From IMG/VR virus record IMGVR_UViG_3300020276_000001, positions 1-64,000 of that record: a stretch of 64,000 nucleotides of DNA; one strand, 5' to 3'. This document shows positions 59,891 through 64,000 of the stretch, in pieces. Position numbers and translations under genes: made by a program. The notes under the pieces were generated by a model, which saw only the letters and a program-made list of their open reading frames with translations, had not been told where the DNA came from and ran no database searches. The DNA comes from a virus. Its lineage: Duplodnaviria; Caudoviricetes. Each line of letters starts with the position of its first letter. Positions within the stretch are counted from its first letter, which is position 1.

Positions 59891-61696
59891 ATGAAAAAGA
59901 AGCCAGTTTGGATTGCCGGAATTGCAAGGGGACACAATGCAGGTGTTTGTCTTTTAAAAGATGGTGAGATAGTATTTGCAATAGAAGAAGAAAGACTTAC
60001 ACGTCAGAAATATGATGGTGGTCCTTATGCTTCTATGATGAAAATTTTAGAATACACAGACAAACTAGATTTCTTATGTGTTGCACACACACAAAATTTA
60101 CAAAGAACAGCAGGTAGAGTAGACTTTAGTGGAGATGATGTTTACACAGGACTTGCACGTAAGATGGGATTAATAAGTAGAAAGCCTTATAACCCAGAAG
60201 AAAATCACCCACAAGTAATTGACATGAGTCATATACATCATAAGTTACACGCCGCGACAGCCTTTTATAGATCAGGATTTAGTGATGCAGTAGCAGTTAT
60301 TGTTGATGGTGCAGGTACGTTTATAGATTTAGCTACTAACCAAGGTGAACCACAAACTGTTTGGGAAACAGAAACAATATATGATTGTGCATATCCAGAT
60401 AATTTTAAAACACTTTACAAACACCTAGGTACTAACGGTCCTATGGTTACGCAATACTTAAAAGATATGTCAAGTGAGTTATATGATGAACCTAAAGAAT
60501 GGACACACGATGTTTTACTTACTGAAAATGCAGGTATAGTAAAAACTTATGAGGCAGTAACAGAATACTGTGGCTTTAGCTTTATTGAAGCAGGTAAAAC
60601 AATGGGATTATTTCCATATGGTAGACGTGCTAATATTAAACTATTTAGAAATGATACTATGTGGCCTATATCAGATAGACAAATGATTATACCTACATAT
60701 CCAAACGGTGCTCATGTAAACTATAACTTCTTTCAAGAACTTGTAGATCATGATAATGAAGATGTAAGCAAATTAGAAAACAGAAGGAATTTAGCTTATG
60801 CTGTACAAACAGAAACACAAAATCAAGTTGTTAAACTTATTAAACGTGCAGTTGAAATGTCCGGTAAGAATAAAGTTGTTATTAGTGGCGGCTACGGTCT
60901 TAATTGTGTAGCAAACTATGAATATTTAGATCAACTTAAAGATGAAAATATTGAAATATATGTTGAGCCAGTAAGTAATGATGCAGGTACGGCCATGGGT
61001 GCGGCAATGTTAATGCATAGAAGACTTACAAAAGATAATAAAGTACAAGAACAGCAAGATACGTTATATGAAGGTCCTGCTTATTGTTATTCAGATGATG
61101 ACATTAATAAAGTTGTAGAAAAATATAATGCAACAGTTGAAGAAGCAGATGATAAAAAAGTAGTTGACATACTAGCAGATAGAAAAATTTGTACAATCTT
61201 CCAGGGTCGTTCAGAGAACGGTCCACGTGCATTAGGTAATAGAACTATCATGTATGACCCAAGTGATCCTAATGGTAAAGATCACGTTAACCTTATAAAA
61301 CGTAGAGAATACTTTAGACCTTTTGCAGGTAGTATACTTGAAGAAGATGTACATGAATGGTTTGATTTACGTGGTATGAAAAGTTCACCAACAATGATGT
61401 ATGCTGTAAACTGTCAAGAAGGTATTGCAGAAAAGATTCCAAGCATTATACACGTTGACGGAACTTGTAGAATACAAACAGTTAGTGAAAAACAAAATCC
61501 TCATTACTATAATTTAATTAAAGCCTGGAAAGAAAAAACAGGATTATCGATTATTTTCAATACAAGTTTTAATTTAGGTGGAGAACCATTAGTAGAAACA
61601 TTAGATGATGCTGTACGTACATTGAAACACAGCGACATTGAATACTTGTACTTGCCTGAATATAAAAAACTTGTTACATTGAAAAATGACGGCTAA
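59891..61696 (+). CDS. O-carbamoyltransferase, NodU/CmcH/TobZ family
   Basis: EEERLTRQK, HHKLHA, VIVDGAG, GKTMGL, SGGYGLNCVAN, EN-GPRALGNR, KRREYFRPFA and NTSFN motifs. Confidence 0.93.
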   Translation: MKKKPVWIAGIARGHNAGVCLLKDGEIVFAIEEERLTRQKYDGGPYASMMKILEYTDKLDFLCVAHTQNLQRTAGRVDFSGDDVYTGLARKMGLISRKPYNPEENHPQVIDMSHIHHKLHAATAFYRSGFSDAVAVIVDGAGTFIDLATNQGEPQTVWETETIYDCAYPDNFKTLYKHLGTNGPMVTQYLKDMSSELYDEPKEWTHDVLLTENAGIVKTYEAVTEYCGFSFIEAGKTMGLFPYGRRANIKLFRNDTMWPISDRQMIIPTYPNGAHVNYNFFQELVDHDNEDVSKLENRRNLAYAVQTETQNQVVKLIKRAVEMSGKNKVVISGGYGLNCVANYEYLDQLKDENIEIYVEPVSNDAGTAMGAAMLMHRRLTKDNKVQEQQDTLYEGPAYCYSDDDINKVVEKYNATVEEADDKKVVDILADRKICTIFQGRSENGPRALGNRTIMYDPSDPNGKDHVNLIKRREYFRPFAGSILEEDVHEWFDLRGMKSSPTMMYAVNCQEGIAEKIPSIIHVDGTCRIQTVSEKQNPHYYNLIKAWKEKTGLSIIFNTSFNLGGEPLVETLDDAVRTLKHSDIEYLYLPEYKKLVTLKNDG

Positions 61697-62321
61697 TTTT
61701 ACACAATACTTCGACACAAAAATATACTGGACAGATGAAATAGACGGTTGTGGTAACACCATGATTGATGACTTCCTTGATGCAACCAGTTTTATTACAG
61801 AAGATAAAACATTTTACAATGCATTAGAATGGTGTAGTGGTCCAGGGTTTTGGGGATTTGGTTTATTAGGTACAGATAAAACAGAAAAGATTACTTTATC
61901 AGATGTATGGGAACCAAACAAACCAGCAGTACTACAAACAATACTAGAAAATAACTTAGATCAAAAAGCACATTTCGTTCTAAGTGATAATTTTAAGTCA
62001 ATTCCCGAGCAAACATTTGACCTAATTGTTGCTAATCCTCCACATTTCAATGGTGACCCGTATGTTGCACACTACGATGAGCCAAGGAAATATAAAGATT
62101 TAGACTGGTCTATACACAAAAACTTCTTTGATAATGTAGGAAACTACTTAACACAAGATGGAGTAATCATACTTGCTGAAAATGTATGGGGATCAAATCC
62201 TGATACGTTTAAAGATATGATTACAAAGAATAATCTAAAAATAACACATCATTTTCCTTCAAAGCAGTATCCGTTAGATATGTGGTATTTAGGAATCGCG
62301 AGAGAATCCGCGGAGCGGTAA
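61686..62321 (+). CDS. Class I SAM-dependent methyltransferase (HemK/N6-type NPP motif)
   Basis: LEWCSGPGFWG (motif I) and FDLIVANPPHF (motif IV). Confidence 0.85.
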   Translation: MTANFTQYFDTKIYWTDEIDGCGNTMIDDFLDATSFITEDKTFYNALEWCSGPGFWGFGLLGTDKTEKITLSDVWEPNKPAVLQTILENNLDQKAHFVLSDNFKSIPEQTFDLIVANPPHFNGDPYVAHYDEPRKYKDLDWSIHKNFFDNVGNYLTQDGVIILAENVWGSNPDTFKDMITKNNLKITHHFPSKQYPLDMWYLGIARESAER

Positions 62322-62383
62322 AACGCAAATTTAATGCCGCGAAGCGGTAAAAAGCGGTAATATGCTTTTGAACAGAAGCCGCT
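62308..62383. repeat. Three AGCGGTAA direct repeats with GC mini-hairpins
   Basis: Repeats at 62314, 62343 and 62353; hairpins CCGC-GGA-GCGG and GCCGC-GAA-GCGGT. Confidence 0.7.
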
Positions 62384-62417
62384 ACTAATTGAATAAATAC
62401 TACAAAGAGGATGTTTA

Positions 62418-64000
62418 ATGGCGTTTGATATCAGTAAGTTTTTCCGTAAAGGGCAAAACAACACAATAGAATTTAGAGGCGGTAGTAACCTAAGTTACGC
62501 CGGTCCTTCTTCTACACTTGTAGAAAATGGGACCGAATTAGACCGTTGGTATGTTGGTTCGTATTTCGGCGTAGAATACACTATAGCCTGTGATGTGAAC
62601 TCAGCACGTAAAGAGATCATTAAATGCCTATGTACAGCAAGTACAAGCACAGCAAACATAGTAATATACGGTAGAAGTAACCTAGGTAATGATTTATTAC
62701 AGCTAGAAGTTGAAGTAACAGATGCTTACTTTAAACTTATGGCATATCCTAGAGTACAAGATGATTCAACTAGTATAGAAGGTGCAAAAATCATACATAG
62801 TGCTAACTATTATGCAACACTAAATGAGCCAGGACCTGTTATTGCAGGATCAAGTTCAAGTGCATATTCACCAACTTACACATTATCAAGATCTACTTCA
62901 CAAGCAAATGAAGGACAATCATTTAGCATAACACTTATTACAACAAATGTCAATGCAGGTACAACTGTTCCATTTACAATTACTGGAGTACAGAGTGCAG
63001 ACATTGGAGGAGCAAACCTAACAGGAAACTTCATAACTGGAACAACAGATACATTTACGTATCCAGTTACATCAGACCTTTCAACAGAAGGTGCAGAAAC
63101 ATTTACAATGACACTTGACAATGATCCAGGTGGAACTACAACAAGTGCGGCTGTTCTGTTTAACGATACTTCACAGACTCCTGCTATTTCATACACATTG
63201 ACTTCTAACTTATCAAATGTTAATGAGGGAGATACATTTAGAATTACACTTACAACAGGAAACGTTGATCCGGGTGTTACACTAGATTACACAGTAACAG
63301 GTGTTACTGCGGCTGACCTAACAACAGGATCACTAACAGGAAGTTTCGTTGTAGGTACAACAGATTATTTTGACTTTACACTTGCTGAAGATACAACAAC
63401 TGAAGGTGTTGAAAGTTTTAACATACAGTTGAACAACGGACAAGCAACTGCACAGGTACAAATTGCAGATACTTCACAAGCGGCGGCTGTGTCAAGTTAC
63501 AGCTTGGGTCGTTCTGTTCCAACAGTTAATGAAGGTGGTAACTTTACAATTACACTTACAACTGAGAATGTTGCAAATGGTACAAGTTTACCTTACACAA
63601 TTACAGGTGTAACAAGTTCAGATATTAACGGAGCGTCATTGACTGGAGACTTTATTGTTGGCTCACAGGAAACATTAAACGTTACTGTGTCATCAGACTT
63701 AACAACAGAAGGTTCAGAAGTTTTCCAACTTGCATTGGATAACGGTGAAGCTACTGTAGGCGTAACCATTGCTGATACATCAATAACTCCAGGTAACAAC
63801 TATACGATCACGGTTGGTAACGCAGGTTCAGGATCATACACATTATCAGGTACAGATAGAAATGGTAGTGTAAGTGGAAACAACGCACAGATTAATCTAA
63901 ATGTTAATGACAACTTAACATTAACAATGAATGCGGCAGGGCATCCATTGTATATTAAATCAACAAACGCAACAGGTACAGGTAATCAGGTTACAACACC
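62418..64000 (+). CDS. Virion surface protein with three Calx-beta-like repeats, truncated at the window edge; absent from the ORF track
   Basis: MAFDISKFFRKG... after AATAAATA and GAGG; repeats Y-x-L...NEG-x2-F-x-ITL-x-T-x-NV...TEG-x-E-x-F, then GHPLYIKS. Confidence 0.8.
   Translation, partial: MAFDISKFFRKGQNNTIEFRGGSNLSYAGPSSTLVENGTELDRWYVGSYFGVEYTIACDVNSARKEIIKCLCTASTSTANIVIYGRSNLGNDLLQLEVEVTDAYFKLMAYPRVQDDSTSIEGAKIIHSANYYATLNEPGPVIAGSSSSAYSPTYTLSRSTSQANEGQSFSITLITTNVNAGTTVPFTITGVQSADIGGANLTGNFITGTTDTFTYPVTSDLSTEGAETFTMTLDNDPGGTTTSAAVLFNDTSQTPAISYTLTSNLSNVNEGDTFRITLTTGNVDPGVTLDYTVTGVTAADLTTGSLTGSFVVGTTDYFDFTLAEDTTTEGVESFNIQLNNGQATAQVQIADTSQAAAVSSYSLGRSVPTVNEGGNFTITLTTENVANGTSLPYTITGVTSSDINGASLTGDFIVGSQETLNVTVSSDLTTEGSEVFQLALDNGEATVGVTIADTSITPGNNYTITVGNAGSGSYTLSGTDRNGSVSGNNAQINLNVNDNLTLTMNAAGHPLYIKSTNATGTGNQVTT

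Noticed and set aside
1-64000. CRISPR array, tRNA genes, stop-codon reassignment
   Set aside because: No regularly spaced repeats or cloverleafs were noticed by eye (a tRNAscan run would be needed to be sure). Core genes are full length in the standard code, and TAA, TAG and TGA all serve as stops.

Overview
This AT-rich 64-kb window is the virion-morphogenesis region of a large T4-like (likely jumbo, probably aquatic) myophage that uses the standard genetic code. The left arm is a minus-strand baseplate operon: a giant wedge protein of >1900 aa running off the edge, then gp6, gp25, gp5, hub, gp53-like and tube-initiator-like genes. Next is a sigma70-promoted gp55-gp47-gp46-sufE block, a small GIY-YIG nuclease followed by about 360 nt of densely structured non-coding sequence, and putative internal head proteins. 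A gp26-like chaperone with an apparent programmed -1 frameshift lies divergent from the tape measure gene. The head module (gp20, gp21, gp22, gp23) is followed by a second structured RNA with its own promoter. A long fibre/appendage cluster contains two giant paralogues, three extremely Cys/Gly-rich adhesin-like proteins and two tail-assembly-chaperone-like proteins. The window ends with a glycosyltransferase / SGNH-like / carbamoyltransferase / methyltransferase cassette and a Calx-beta-like repeat protein. TAAATA late promoters precede most structural genes. The most notable unexplained signals are the structured RNAs (19972-20327, 34205-34421, two leaders), the -1 frameshift and the Cys-rich fibre-tip module. 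All family calls come from motif recognition by eye; no database searches were run.
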